A stretch of DNA of 64,000 nt from Octopus vulgaris (GCA_951406725.2 OX597814.1:175770001-175834000); one strand, 5' to 3'; positions 1 to 15,156 are shown, counted from the stretch's first letter. The notes: generated by a model not told the origin, from the sequence alone. Numbers and translations: made by a program.

Positions 1-172
1 GGTATTTCGTCCGCGTTTATGTTCTGAGTTCAAATTCCGCCGAGGTCGACCTTTTATTTCATCCTTTTGGTGTCGATGAAATAAGTACCAGTGAAATACT
101 GGGTTCATATAATCGACTATCCCCCTCCCCCAAATTTCAGGCCTTGTGCCAATAGCAGAAAGGATTATTATT
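1..172 (+). mobile_element. tRNA-derived SINE, family A (GGCGGCGAGCTGGCAGAA head), 5' part outside window, (ATT)n tail
   Basis: B-box GAGTTCAAATTCC, central GTCGAC..TTTCATCCTTT..GTCGAT..AAGTACCAG motif shared with many copies in window. Confidence 0.85.
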
Positions 173-1578
173 ATTTCTGTTATTAGTATTTTTACGAAAG
201 GTCTTTTCTTATGAGAAATATAATCCCATAATATATTGTCTGTCCCATATAATCCATTTTCCTTTTCTTTCTGTTGGGAACAAATTTGATAGGTAGTCAT
301 ACACCAAATTAAACTCTTACTGGGTATTTCATTATCTCCTCCTATTCCCGTTTGCATAATCGTCTTTCCTTCTTATGTGCAAAATTCAAACATGAAGAAA
401 TACACAGAAGATGTGAACTTTGCTGCCGAGGTCAGTCACATGGGTTTTGCTTAAAAAGAAAACAAAGTTAATAGAAGTCTTGGAAGTGTCTATGACATTT
501 GTAGGCCCCGTCAGTATGGTGTGATTGATACGGAAATTACCTAACCCGAATAGTTGCTGGCAAAGAAAACGTAATGGCGAAAAAGCCGGAAATCTGGCTC
601 GAATGTTTATAACTGAATAAATCGTATTCAAGCGCTAAGTTCAACTTCACTCTAAGCGTTTCATAGCGATTCTAGACGTTTTATAAACTTAATTCTGTAT
701 ACATCAGGTCATTTATCCATCAGATGTAGATAACTATTTTTTCGAGGGAATGGTACTTGTAATAGACTGGCGCCCTAACCAGGAGAGATTTATTTCTCAT
801 TAACTTGAAACAAATTTAGGTGAAAATAAGCGCTCGTCTGCATGAATGGCTCTGTTCTTAAGAGGTGTCTGCATGAGTGATTTTCTTCTTTAGAGACCAG
901 AATTACAGTGACGATATTTCTAAGTAATGTTTCAAGTTTGGTCGTCTTAGATACGAAACCACTTTTCTCTATATTTACTTAGATAACGCCCTGCAGAGAA
1001 AAATCAGAAACATTGCATTATCTATCTCATCATCCATAAATCTAATTCTCTTAATTTGCTTTCCTCTACTTTTCTTTCTTTCTGCATTTCTTTCTTTCTG
1101 CTTTCTTTCTGTCTTTCTTTCTTTTTTTCTTTATTCATATCCTCCGCTCTTTTTTTTTCTTACCAGCATGCCTTTTTTTAATCATCTTTATCAAATACCT
1201 CATTATCATCATTGTCATATTTCTCCTCCTCCTTTTCCTGTTTTTCCCCCACCACCATCCTCCTCCACTACTACCACTTCATCATCATCATCATCATCAT
1301 CTTTGTCGCCTTCTTTTTCTTTATCTTCATCAATCTTTCTTCATTATATTTGATTCTATAAGGATGAAATACAAGGGCGTCAGTGACGCGATTCAAACTT
1401 AAGATGTAATAAAATTATTCTAATAACGATGGCATTTAACATAGTTACAACGTCAGAAATTGGAAGGAAGGGACAGACAATTACACCGCTCCCGCCTATA
1501 CTTATCTGGTACTTATGTTATCGATACCAGAGAGATAAAAGACAGAAACTGGCTGAAGTCAGAAAACAATGAGATATT

Positions 1579-1951
1579 CTCTTTAACTCTCTTTTACTTG
1601 TTTCAGTCATTTGACTGTGGCCATGCTGGAGCACCGCCTTTAGTCGAGCATATCGACCCCAGGACTTATTCTTTGTAAGCCTAGTACTTATTCTATCGTT
1701 CCTTTTTTGCCGAACCACTAAGTTACTGGGCCGTAAACACACCAACATCGGTTGTCAAGCGATGTTGGGGGGACAAACATAAACACACAACCCCCCTACA
1801 CACACATATATAGATATATATACATATACATATATGCGATGACGAGATTCTTTCAGTTTCCGTCTACCAAATTCACTCACAAGGCTTTGGTCGGCCCGAG
1901 GCTATAGTAGAAGAAACTTGCCCAAGGTGCCACGCAGTGGGACTGAACCCA
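1579..1951 (-). mobile_element. tRNA-derived SINE, family B (OK-like; CORE-like GGCACCTTGGGCAAGTGTCTT, internal TA/CA tract)
   Basis: Reverse complement matches full copy at 40995-41389. Confidence 0.85.
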
Positions 1952-2209
1952 GATCGAAGGACTGTAGTAACAATTCTGATATCCACCACCCTAACAACAA
2001 CAACAAGGATACAGCGTCTACATTTTAGATTGACTAGCAAGAACTACCCTTCTGACTTCAAAAAGAGAAGGGCTCATAGGATAATAGTCATAGGTATGTA
2101 CACACCCCGCAAAAAGAAAAGATGGGATAGTCATGGCTTGAAGGTCCTTGTTCATAGGTTGATTTCATCAAGGACAGTTTCGGGCTAAACAGCAACAGCA
2201 GCAAGAGCA

Positions 2210-2560
2210 GGAGGCGCAATGGCCCAGTGGTTAGGGCAGCGGACTCGCAGTCGGAGGTTCGCGGTTTCGATTCCCAGACCGGGCGTTGTGTGAGTTTATT
2301 GAGCGAAAACACTTAAAGCTCCACGAGGCTCCGGCAGGGGTGGTGGCGGACCCCTGTTGTATTCTTTCGCTTTAACTTTCTCTCACTCTTTCTTCCTGTT
2401 TCTTGTCCCCGACTTCCTACGCAACCGTTGAACCTGGATGCGCATTCATACATCCGCCGATGCTCTCGGTGTCGAGGGTTGACCTGCTTTCTTTTCTGCG
2501 GGTCTTACGAATAGCAAAAGGACCACGTTTCGGACTTCGCTCAACAAACAAACAAGCAGC
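2210..2560 (+). mobile_element. tRNA-Arg-like SINE (OR-like, head H1) with (AAC)/(AGC)-rich tail
   Basis: A-box TGGCCCAGTGG, B-box-like GTTTCGATTCC; same head at 42381 and 60763. Confidence 0.8.
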
Positions 2561-2673
2561 AAGAGCAGCAACAACATACAATAATAACTGTTTCCTAATA
2601 AACTGTATGGCAATATACATACAAAACATTTAAACAGATTTGAGAGGAACAGACAATATATTATGGGATGTAT

Positions 2674-2995
2674 GTGAGGGCGCGTGGCTTAGTGGTTAGG
2701 GCATTCGGCTCATGATCGTAAGGTTGTGAGTTCGATTCCCGGCGACGCGTTGTGTCCTTGAGCAAGACACTTTATTTCACGTTGCTCCAGTCCACTCAGC
2801 TGGCAAAAATGAGTTGTACTTGTATTTCAAAGGGTCAGCCTTGTCACTCTCTGTGTCACGCTGATTATCCCCGAGAACTACGTTAAGGGTACACGTGTCT
2901 GTGGAATGCTCAGCCATTTGCACGTTAATTTCACGAGCAAGCTGTTCCGTTGATCGTATCAGCTGGGACCCTCGTCGTCGTAACCGGCGGAGTCT
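2674..2995 (+). mobile_element. tRNA-derived CORE-like SINE (OR-like, head H2)
   Basis: TGGCTTAGTGG / GAGTTCGATTCC boxes; TGTGTCCTTGAGCAAGACACTT CORE-like motif; copies at 36259, 37137, 51406, 58442. Confidence 0.8.
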
Positions 2996-3566
2996 TATTT
3001 ATGGGATATATAATGTACTTCGAGTGTGTGTGTGCTCAGTGCTTTCTTTACCTTCCATTCTTTTAGCTAACTAATCCTTTCCAACACCACCATTCTTCCA
3101 TTTACTCGTTCCCTCCTTCCGTTCTTCCTTCTTCCTTCCCTCTTTCGTTTATTTGTTAGTTTGCTTTTCTCCTCATCCTTATGACACTTCTTTTGATCTA
3201 ACTCCATATTATCCAATATTTAGACATACAGAACAGGCCAACGTGTATCTCATTTTCTCCTCATCATTTTCTATTTCTCAAATGGATTATCTGGGGTTTT
3301 TTTCTCTTTATACTTTATCTTTCTTATTCTTAATCTTATCTAATAGCTAAAAGTTTTCGCTTTTTTTTTCTTTCCCTCATCTCTGTTATCGTTTCTTCTA
3401 CTTTTTCAGTCATTGGAATGCGTTGATGTTGGGGGAACCGCCTTGAAAGGTTTAGTCGAACAAATCGATCCCAGTATTTATTTATTTTTAGGCCTGGTGC
3501 AAACTCTGTCTCTTTATTTGCCGAACCGCCGAAGTACAGGGTCATAAACAAACACTCACTGGTTGT

Positions 3567-4743
<1,177 letters not shown>

Positions 4744-5026
4744 TATAGAGGGCATTATATACATGCCAGAAGGCATTATACATACATGCCAAACGCTAAG
4801 AGGGACAATTAGTCATTTCTACCAAATGACTAATTGTCCCTCTTAGCGTTTGGTATGTATGTATAATGCCTTCTGGCATGTATATAATGCCCTCTATATA
4901 TAAATTAATATGTTCAATAAGAAATAATTATTTTCGAAATTTTTTCTCTTATGAGGTTCTTACGCTATCTACCTGACAATTTCTTGTTAAGGTTTCCTTA
5001 TTAAGTAGTTGTCCTTAATTGCTAAA
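4744..5026. mobile_element. Fold-back element (75-bp arms, 5-nt loop, plus ~130-bp unpaired tail) between (TA)n tracts
   Basis: 4744-4818 is the reverse complement of 4824-4898 with one mismatch. Confidence 0.75.
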
Positions 5027-5034
5027 TATATATG

Positions 5035-5099
<65 letters not shown>

Positions 5100-5193
5100 T
5101 GATAAAACGGTAAGATAACAAAAGAAAGAAAAAAAGACCTCAATATTATGTAAATAGAGGAAATTTATCTATACAATATGTTACATTACTCGG

Positions 5194-5268
5194 TAGTCAA
5201 GATAAAACTCTGAGTTTCAGATGCCGAAGTGGAAATCCACAACACCATCTCATCGGTTATCTGGCTAT
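5194..5268 (-). ncRNA. Degenerate minimal type I hammerhead ribozyme in PLE 3' pseudo-LTR
   Basis: Minus strand: AGAUAA-CCGAUGA-GAUG..CAUC-U-GAAA-CUC-A-GAG-UU-UUAUCU; U4C change and extra U make it non-canonical. Confidence 0.55.
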
Positions 5269-5458
5269 TTGAAAACGTTATGAAAAAATATACCGTTAAA
5301 AATGAAGGGAAATTACTCTGTTATAACTCTGCTTTGCCTGCGTACTTATACATCGCTCGCATTTTTCGTCATAAAAATTATATAAAAATACATAAAAATA
5401 TATAAAAATATATAAAAATATATAAAATCTTCTTGGGACATAACACAGAAAGCATGTT

Positions 5459-5947
5459 CTATCCGTTTTCTTTAGGGGACCAAAAACGTAACAGAAATTT
5501 AGTCACATGTGGGCATGATCCGAAAAGTTCTGTCCTTGTATTTAGACATGTGGTAGGGTCTAAGCTGCTTTTCCAGATAAGCCATCTCTCCATGTCGCAT
5601 AAACCGCACCTTCCGCTGCCGTTAGTATAGGGCTTACATCTGGCCAAAATCTTCCATTGTATGTTATAATCGACACCTTTATCTCTTAAAGACCAAATAT
5701 GATTGGATAATTGTGTCGCTTTTCTTTTGTTCCAGTGCCTAAAGCTCAAAGTGTGGTTATTGAACCTGGCCTTGAAATTACCCTCTGTCAGGCCCACGTA
5801 TTTCTTCGTCGAAACGGTGTCTTTAGTGGTTATAGAGTTTACGGTAGCTTCATATATGATGGTCTTGGACATGCAAGCTCCATTTAGCGGGCACAATTCT
5901 TTATTCCTGCATGAACAGCTGTTTTCTTCTTGTGTTTTTTGTATGTT
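5459..5947 (-). pseudogene. GIY-YIG endonuclease domain of Penelope-like element (C-terminal fragment of RT-EN ORF)
   Basis: CSCR..CPLNGAC..IIYEATV..YVGLTE..FKARFNNH..LSNHIW..W.IL..C.LC..E..LN.R.EL..C.H motif order typical of PLE endonucleases. Confidence 0.9.
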
Positions 5948-8445
5948 CTCTTCAATAGACACAATTTAAAAATTAGCTTTAGTTCAACTACCAATTTTAA
6001 AAACATAATCAATCATAACATACAAAAAACACAATACGAAATATCGGATTATTACTTTCGAATGGATTATTACCATGTAGGATTTCATCACGAAGGAAAT
6101 CCTCCTGATGAGGGGGAGCATTATGTTTATGTATTTGGATTACTTATTTATACATTTATTGTACCATTTATACATTTATTGTATAAATTATACATTTATT
6201 GTACCCCTGAATGTAGATGATATCCTTTACCCAAATTCACCTGAATCAGTATATTTTTTATTTTATCTACCTATTTACCCCTGAATTTTTAAATTTCGAA
6301 CTCTCATCCGACGTTTCGTATAAGCATCAAATTCTTAATCGATTTTGGAAGCCGTAACCTCAAATTTTTATCTCTTTATTTGTCACCCTTATATTCGGTA
6401 CCTGAACCCAACGTACATGATGTATATTTATTTCGTTGTGTTTTAAATTATACTTTGGAATTTGTATTGACTGCCTAGATGTGTTCCTTCTATAATTTCC
6501 CTTATCCTTCGATTTACCCCGCAATGAGCATTTCTTAATACAGTCGATATATTGTGAAGTATACTTAAAAACATAATTTTTAAGAAAATTAAACTTTAAG
6601 GCCACACACCCCAGACATCCCCACACAAACACACACCCCGCACACACATAGACATACACACATATGACAGGCTTCTTTCAGCCCCCCACCTACCAAATCC
6701 ATTTACATAGCTTTGGTTGCCCAGAGGCTATAGTAGAAGGAACCTGTTCAAACCCGGAACCATTTAGTTGAGAAGAAAACGTCGTTTGCACAGCCACCCC
6801 GGCGTCCTTTAGACTTCTTTTCTTACTTTCTTTCGTTTTTTCATTTATTTGTTCCATTATTTTTTTCTCTTTTCTTGTTTTCTTCCTTTCATTCTTTTTT
6901 GTCTTTCTTTAATTTCATTCTTTCGTATTCATATTTCTTGAGCTCATTTTACCGATTTTTTAAATCGTTACCATTATTTATTTCTTCAAAGCATTTCCCG
7001 CCTATAAATTTCATTCGTGGAACCAATAGCATTCTTCATTGTGTTAGCAATCAGAAAGAAGCATGTCTTTGCATTATTTCAAACATTACAACAATTGGCT
7101 ATGTTCTTCAATGGCATCTTTCGTGATAAAGTTCAAACGAATGAAAATTTATTTCCAAATCTTTAGCTTACTATACCATTTCATTAGAAATCATTTCTTC
7201 TCTGCACCTACAAAGTAGCTGCTTGCCGGTTCAGACGCTCTATAATATATTGTTCAATGTTTGAATGGTTTAAGATGAAATTCTCTGCAGGAAAAGAACT
7301 TAGAAATTTGATGTCAGCGATACTTTTTATTCAGAGCATTTTTCCAAAGACGGTGGAATAGAAATGGTTTGCGATATTTGATTTTCTTCTCTAAAACTAA
7401 ATTTAAGTTTAAATACTAGTTTGTTTAAGTTTCTTGTCTGTCTCGTAAAATGAACGCCAATATTTTCTTGCAGTCGATCCAATTGACTAAGTTTTATCTT
7501 TAGTAGAAGCCAAATACGTATTAGAGTGAGTAGGTTAAGTGGATTAGCTAATCATAGATTATGAATACAAATTGTTTTATTTATTTTTATTTTGGTGGGT
7601 GGGGATGTAAGAAACTTTATATCATATCTTGGTTTCCGGTTTGTCCAAACACCAAAGAAAAATGTCAGATAATTTGTGATTGATATCTGCATCGTGCCCG
7701 AGTATTTGAGGCTTTGGTCTACATACAATAAGCCAGCCATCAATAGCGAGCAATATTTTGAGAGAATGCACCATTCTTTCACTAATTATTTGGGTCCCAA
7801 CGGACCTAAAACAAATAGTGAGGACACTTTCTCAGTGTCCTCACATTTAATACTCGAGACACATGCAATATGTGACAGCTGGAGAAGCTACAGAACTGCA
7901 CCAGAACCTGGCTGGAGCATTTTACAGCAGTGTAAACTAGAAGAAACGAGAAATGAAGTGGCTTGCTCAAGAACATAACACGCTTTCTGATCAAGGGATT
8001 GAATTTACACCATTATAATCATGAGCTGGAGGCCACTACCCACTAGGCCACAGACCTTCACAGGTGTAGCTGTTCAGATGTCATCACTTCAAATTCATTG
8101 CATGATTATTGTTGGATTAGGGAAACAAACCTTATATTCTGAATTGTTTTCTAATTTTAGTTTATCCATATAATCTGGGGATGTTGCCGACGGTAACCTA
8201 GCTTCTTACGTATTAGGTGTATGGGACTGGTTGATAGATACAATATCTAATATTCTGAGATGGTATACTATACCGGTTTCTATATATGTTTAAAATAGAT
8301 TCCGTTCACACAGCCAGGAATTTTCAATAATCTACTGGATTTCGTGTGTTAACTATTTACGCTAATTTGACTGAACATCTAAATCCATCTGAAAACCAAA
8401 CGAATGCAGATTTCTGCCAACCACCACCACCACTACCACCTCCGG

Positions 8446-9332
8446 AACTTTGTGGTTATCGTCGCTGCATCTAGAAATCTTTAAAAAAAAACATTTTTAA
8501 TGTATCACATAGATGTAATCTTTGACGCTGAATTCGAATTTGTTATTAATTTATTACAGAAGAATTTTGCGAAAATGTTAGAGGTGCTCAGAGTTTGATA
8601 ATTTTCAAAATTTTCAGCCAATCAGAAATCGGCGCATTCACTGCCTCTTCTTCCATCATCTGTCACAGTAGCGAGAAAGGGTGGGGGACACAGGCATGTC
8701 AAAACATTAAACTAGCTACAGTAAACAAAGAAAAACAGTGAAAAATTCGCGAGCAAAGTAAATATTCAAAAGCTATGCGCAAACCAACTGGAATTACTAG
8801 AAATAACAGCCAAAACATTGCTTAAAACAGACATTTATTAATTAAAAAACTCAAGAACGAAAGTTTGCAATACACTCTAGGATTTTATAAAATAAATGAT
8901 CTTTCTCATATCTTCTTCCCCACTTATATTCACAAAGATAAGAGTCAACCATGGAACAGTGTGTCCCACACTAACGTTTGTTTCCACGTTTTAAAGAGGC
9001 CCAGGTACTCTCAATTTGTTGATTACACTCAATTTAGTGGTTAAACTCCTTGTACGCAGGCGCAGCATCTTTAGTTTCTATTAAAACAGACTTCTTCGCA
9101 CAGCCTTCTTTGCTTAATATGATAACAGAACTACAAGGTGATGTGTAAAATACTCGCTCTTGATTGGCTAAAATTCCCAAATTTGGCAAGTTTTAAAAGC
9201 TAATAACTTGAATTATGAATTTATTAGAAAAAATGAATTTCATTTAATAATTAGTATACAAAACTTAATCCATATACCAAATTTGAAAACAGTTGGAACA
9301 AAATTGTAGACAGTGACGATAACCACAAAGTT
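8446..9332. mobile_element. Non-autonomous DNA-transposon-like element with 22-bp inverted repeats
   Basis: AACTTTGTGGTTATCGTCGCTG (8446) vs CAGTGACGATAACCACAAAGTT (9311-9332); internal AGCCAATCA/TGATTGGCT inverted pair; related segment near 29340-29510. Confidence 0.55.
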
Positions 9333-9345
9333 ACACACACACACA

Positions 9346-9378
<33 letters not shown>

Positions 9379-10663
9379 ACATATACACACACATACGTTA
9401 TAAAATGCTATCAAACGTTTCGTTGGTGCTATTACAATATTTGCACACTTCCAATTATTGACATTTGTTTGTTTTGTATATAAATTTACATACGCACATA
9501 GATATGTTCTCGTGCCGACTATATTTTATAATCATTTATTTAATCTCTACTAAAATAGATATCAACGTTTCTCTAATTTCAAAGAACGGTTGTATCGTTA
9601 TCCAATATGGTTCTATTATTTCATATCATCTAATCATGTTATTGTATGCCATTACGTATTATCTTTTCATAATCGTCCGAAGATCGACAACGCGAGACTC
9701 GAATGAAAGTTTTGTGAAATTTCATCTTCCGATAAATTTATACTACTCGACTTTCAACGAACTCATGTTTACACTTCTTCCTCTTGTTCACACTGATATG
9801 GTTATAAATACATGCACGCACACGCACACACATGTATGTATGTATAACTATTGGTTAATAGATTCACGTTGATATTGGCTCCCACGTCATTCAAACTTAA
9901 TTACGGTTGGCGGCCATGTCAAGTAAAAGGACTACTGAAATTGGCTGCTATGTCAAGTAATAGGGCTACTGAAGTCAGCTGCCATATTGTTAAGAAATAG
10001 CTTATCTGTAATTCTGAACTAATTGTTGTTATAAAAAAAAATATCGGTAGTTTAGGCTTCAAATGAAATTATTTTCTCGCCTAAGCTCCCTGGTGACTTA
10101 TATGCTATCTTATTTTCCCTAACACCCCGATTTTTATCTATTTTTACTAGTCTACTTTTTGCGTTTTGGCAATGAGTCTCACACACTGCTATTATATAAA
10201 GGTATGCTAAACTAACAGGCATATGTTTTTAGCAAGCACACACTTTTAGCATTGCTGTAAAATGTGATTAAACCACATGTGACCAAAACACGATGTTCTG
10301 TCTGAATAGTTCCACTGTTTTTTTTACCGGTTTTTATTCCACTTCAATATCAAATTGTTTAGTCATTTTGCCCTGTCTGCCAAGAGAATATTAGTTTATA
10401 GTTATTTTCAGAATGTGCAAACTTGTATAGAACTAAGTTTCTTTGTTTTAATTTGCACAAGAGTGTAAACGTTGGCAACACGAATGAATTAATTTCGAGG
10501 AGTACTGCGAGGTGTTGTGATAAATAGAAATGGGCTTTTAGTAAATAATTTCTCACATTGCCAACGACTACATCAAATTAAGCAGGCCAATTTAGTTCTA
10601 GTTGAGTTTGTGTTTACTATAAATAGCTATAAGCTATTGTTTCTGTTGTAAGGAAAATCAGCA

Positions 10664-10706
10664 GCCGATCTGATGAGGTGTTAACAAAACCTGAAACTAG
10701 TCAGAC
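10664..10706 (+). ncRNA. Degenerate hammerhead ribozyme-like motif
   Basis: CUGAUGA-GGU..ACC-U-GAAA-CUAG-UC; helix I poorly paired. Confidence 0.4.
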
Positions 10707-12206
10707 ATATCCTTTTCTTCGGGCAACAGAAAAAAAAGGTGAGGTTTAACCACAGTAGCTAATTTTCATAACAAGGCTAAAATGTATATCTACTAAAAAT
10801 ATGCAGCTTATATCTATGTTTATCATAACATCTAGTAATTAAAAATTAATCTCTATAACGCTTTGCTACTTTTCCCATGTTATAATCTATAATGTTCTGT
10901 TTTATTTTCGAATACTGAATCAGTATTTATTAATTTATTCCTCGAAGTTAGAAAAGATATCCAGCACCAGGTGAAGCTGGAAACTTCGCTCCAATGAAAA
11001 TAACACTCATCGAACAGATATGCTGACATTTTTTGAAAAATAAACTTTCAAATGGGTTCTGTCTGCAGCAGACTAAAATGTCATCAGTCAGTCTTTTATA
11101 AAATGCCACAGCAACTATTTTTTTTTCAAGAGTTTTTCTTCGAAAGGGTAATATATAATACATTCATTAGACAAAACCATATTTTATAGTCGTTGATATC
11201 AAATGCATTCACACCCTATCCCAAGATAATCATAGAATTTTTTCAACAAGTTGGAATGCAGTATCTATAATTCGCGGAGATTAGATATTATTTGTGTTGG
11301 GAAAAAGTCGGAAGATATATTGGTTTACTATGAGTGGAAAAAATACGTAATAATTTGGCCTGAGTCTTTCAAAGTTCTGATCGCCCATGGTCAAGCATAA
11401 TCATGACCAAAGTCGTTCCATTTGTGACCGTCTCTTTGTAAAACATTTGATGTAAGCTATGTTGGTTCCATATTTCTTGTTATCTCTGTTGATGATGGCT
11501 GAATATGTTTGGGCTCTCGCTATGTCTGTAGCCAATAACAATATGAAGCAATTACTAAAACGTTTGAAGTGGAACTTATTCGAAGTTTAATATTCTGGAA
11601 ATCATTCCGTTTGAAATATTAGTCAACAGAATTCGATTCTTACGTTCATATAACCATACCATATTCTTTCTATTTCTTTTGTTTACGATCTTTCATCTTT
11701 GATGGAACATACCTTTGATGAAAGTTTTCCTATTTATGTCATTCACATCGTTTCTATCGGAGATAATTCATCTAGGTATTCAGTATTTAAAGTGTTCATC
11801 TTTTTATAAATTGGCAAGGAGTGGTTTACAGGAATTCTAACTGCTATATGTAAAGGGTCGAGCGACGTCATAGACTCCTTCTGCTGGTTGCAAAAATATA
11901 TGTAGCATTTCATGACAGACAACAGCAACAACTATGACGTAAATAAAAATGTTACTTCAATGAATGAAGCGTAGCAGGAATATTCACCAATATTTTTATT
12001 TCTCCCTTGTTTACAAAATAGTTATATTTACCATACTTATATTCCCCAGAGTCTTCAGTTTAGAACTGGTTTGATTGGAATACAAAATATATATATGTGA
12101 GGGGTGCTTTATCGATTTTTAGGAATAGGTTTGTTCAAAAGTACGTATGTACGTATCTTTCTAAGTACTGATCAAAGCATGTAATCTCTCTCTCTCTCTC
12201 TCCCCC

Positions 12207-12269
<63 letters not shown>

Positions 12270-13097
12270 ATATGTATGTATGTATGTATGTATGTATGTT
12301 TGTATGTATGTATGTGTGAGTGTAAATACCTACATATAGTTTTATATATATATATTTATATATATAAATATATATATATACATACATATATAAATATATG
12401 TGAGTGTGTAAATACCTACATATAGTTTTATATATATATTTATATATATATAATATCCATATAAGTATAAGTGAATGTATAAATATATATATATATATAT
12501 ATAGATAGATAGATAGATATTTATTCACACGCACACGTACACAAACACACACACATATCAATTTACATATACGTTAACATAAATGTATACATACTCGTAT
12601 ATATTTGTATTTTCACATATATGCACACATAAACGCACGTACGTATACACCTACACAGACATATGCACACACTCGAGCTCACACGCACACATTCTACATT
12701 ACATATAATCCTAGTTAGCATTTTAGACGATAAAATCCATCCTGTGTTTACGTGTACGGTTATATGTATTTGCATTATAACTAAAGAATAATCTCTGAGT
12801 AAATTGTGAAATATTACTATAAATTTTTAATAAAGCAGCTTGCTTATTTTATCTCGCACTTGGGAACATTTACATTAGTTACTAATACGCAGATATAATA
12901 ACAGTTTCGTTTGAACAAGACGGACGGCAACATTAACAACCGTTTCATTATTTTGTCAGCTACGAAGTAATAACATATTACTATAGTATACTAGCAAAAG
13001 AAAGCAGGATACAAAACATTTAGAATACAATCCGTCTCTTCTTTCGATGTCCCGTTCTCTTTCTCTCTCTATTCCTTCCCTTCCTATATATCTGGCC

Positions 13098-13130
<33 letters not shown>

Positions 13131-13252
13131 AAGTGTGTGTGTGTATACATATATAAATGAATATGTACTGAAACTATTAAAGAAAAATATGCACATACAT
13201 ACAAACATATATGAATACATACGTATATATAAAATGGAGTAGGCCGGTTTAT

Positions 13253-13313
13253 GAGATTACCCTGGGTTTCCCGTCCATGAAGTGTTTAGCTTTATGGCGT
13301 ATCGTCAGACCCC
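13253..13313 (-). ncRNA. Hammerhead ribozyme-like motif in a short TA-flanked element (13231-13341)
   Basis: Minus strand: GGGGU-CUGACGA-UACGCCAU..AUGGACGG-GAAA-CCC-A-GGG-UA-AUCUC; helix II base imperfect. Confidence 0.5.
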
Positions 13314-13338
13314 CAAACCTGTTGGCCTAAGACCTCTT

Positions 13339-13382
<44 letters not shown>

Positions 13383-13383
13383 T

Positions 13384-13922
13384 AGAACAAATAAATAGAC
13401 GATGCAAAGCGACACGAGAAACAACAATTAGGACAGGCAAAAAAAGACGGGTCATTCGTAGCCTTCTTTCCTCAGCCAAGTATTCCAGAAATCCTTACTG
13501 TTTCGGGCAGTTACAAAAAGTCTAAGCTAAGAGCATTAGACTTTTTGTAAAAAAAGCTAGCGAATGTGTACGGCAAAAAAAAATTAACAAAAAAAACCCC
13601 CAGAGAATATGGTACGCAAATACAAACAACAAGAACATAACAACAGGTGTCTTTTGATTCAGAACGAATCAAATTGAGCTGGCGTGTATGAAGTGAAAGC
13701 CTAAAGGCAGGAACCTAGGAGATGGACATAAGAGGTGTTGGCGGTCGGTAGTCAGGCCAAGAAAGAAAGATCATGGCTAGCCGGACACCAGTCACGTGGA
13801 AGGAGGAGAGAGGGGTAGGGAGCAGAGGGATTGAAGGATAGAAAATAAATCAGACAAAGGGAAAGGTATAGAGGAGAAAAACGAGGAAAAAGTGGGAGTT
13901 AGGGAAAGAGAGGGTCAAGAAA
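13384..13922 (-). mobile_element. TA-flanked interspersed repeat, family X (CTGAGGAAAGAA..CGAATGACCCGTC), probable PLE-type terminal repeat
   Basis: Homologous segments at 16900-17614 (+), 55048-55203 (-), 57448-57780 (+), each abutting (TA)n or (TATC)n. Confidence 0.6.
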
Positions 13923-14522
<600 letters not shown>

Positions 14523-14926
14523 AGTAAAGTTGTTGAAAGAATGATGTTAATAGTTGTAAAATCAATTGGTCAGTGTTCCATATGGAAGACGTGTGTCCCT
14601 ATATTACTAACTCCAGAAACATTGATCTTTGTCTCACAGGAAAATATAATATTGTATTTTTACATAAAAAAAAAAAACCCTGACAATTGATGTATTCTTG
14701 CAGAAATTTCAATCGATGTTTATTCGTATTCAGCTGCCATGTGGCTGAAATAGATTATTTTCCTTAAAAGTGATTTCCCGCACAGCGAAACGTGATTAAA
14801 TAACGTAACATTCTTTTATTATCAAGATGTGAAATAAGGAAATAAGTAAGAAGGAATGTATTTTCAAACCAGAGACCTGAGTGGACACCATTAAAGGTAT
14901 CCAAGTGACAGATAGTAGTATTAAAC

Positions 14927-15156
14927 GGCGGCGAGCTGGCGGAATCGTTAGCACGTCGGGCGAAATGCTGAGCGGTATTTCGTCTGCCACTACGCTCTGA
15001 GTTCAAATTCCGCCGAGGTCGACTTTGCCTTTTTTCCTTTCGGGGTCGATTAAATAAGTACCAGTTACGCACTGGGGTCGATATAATCGACTTAATCCGT
15101 TTGTCTGTCCTTGTTTGTCCTCTCTGTGTTTAGCCCCTTGCGGGTAGTAAAGAAAT
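14927..15156 (+). mobile_element. Full-length family A SINE with 17-bp TSD
   Basis: TSD AGATAGTAGTATTAAAC at 14910-14926 and 15157-15173. Confidence 0.92.

Larger units (their letters stand above)
5097..6034 (-). mobile_element. 5'-truncated Penelope-like retroelement with 5' inversion, ending in (TA)n
   Basis: GIY-YIG C-terminal ORF, downstream HHR-like motif on same strand, inverted linker segment 5948-6034. Confidence 0.85.

Noticed and set aside
6101-6320. CTGATGAGGGG..CCCCTGAA and minus-strand GAAACGTC half motifs
   Set aside because: No complete core on either strand
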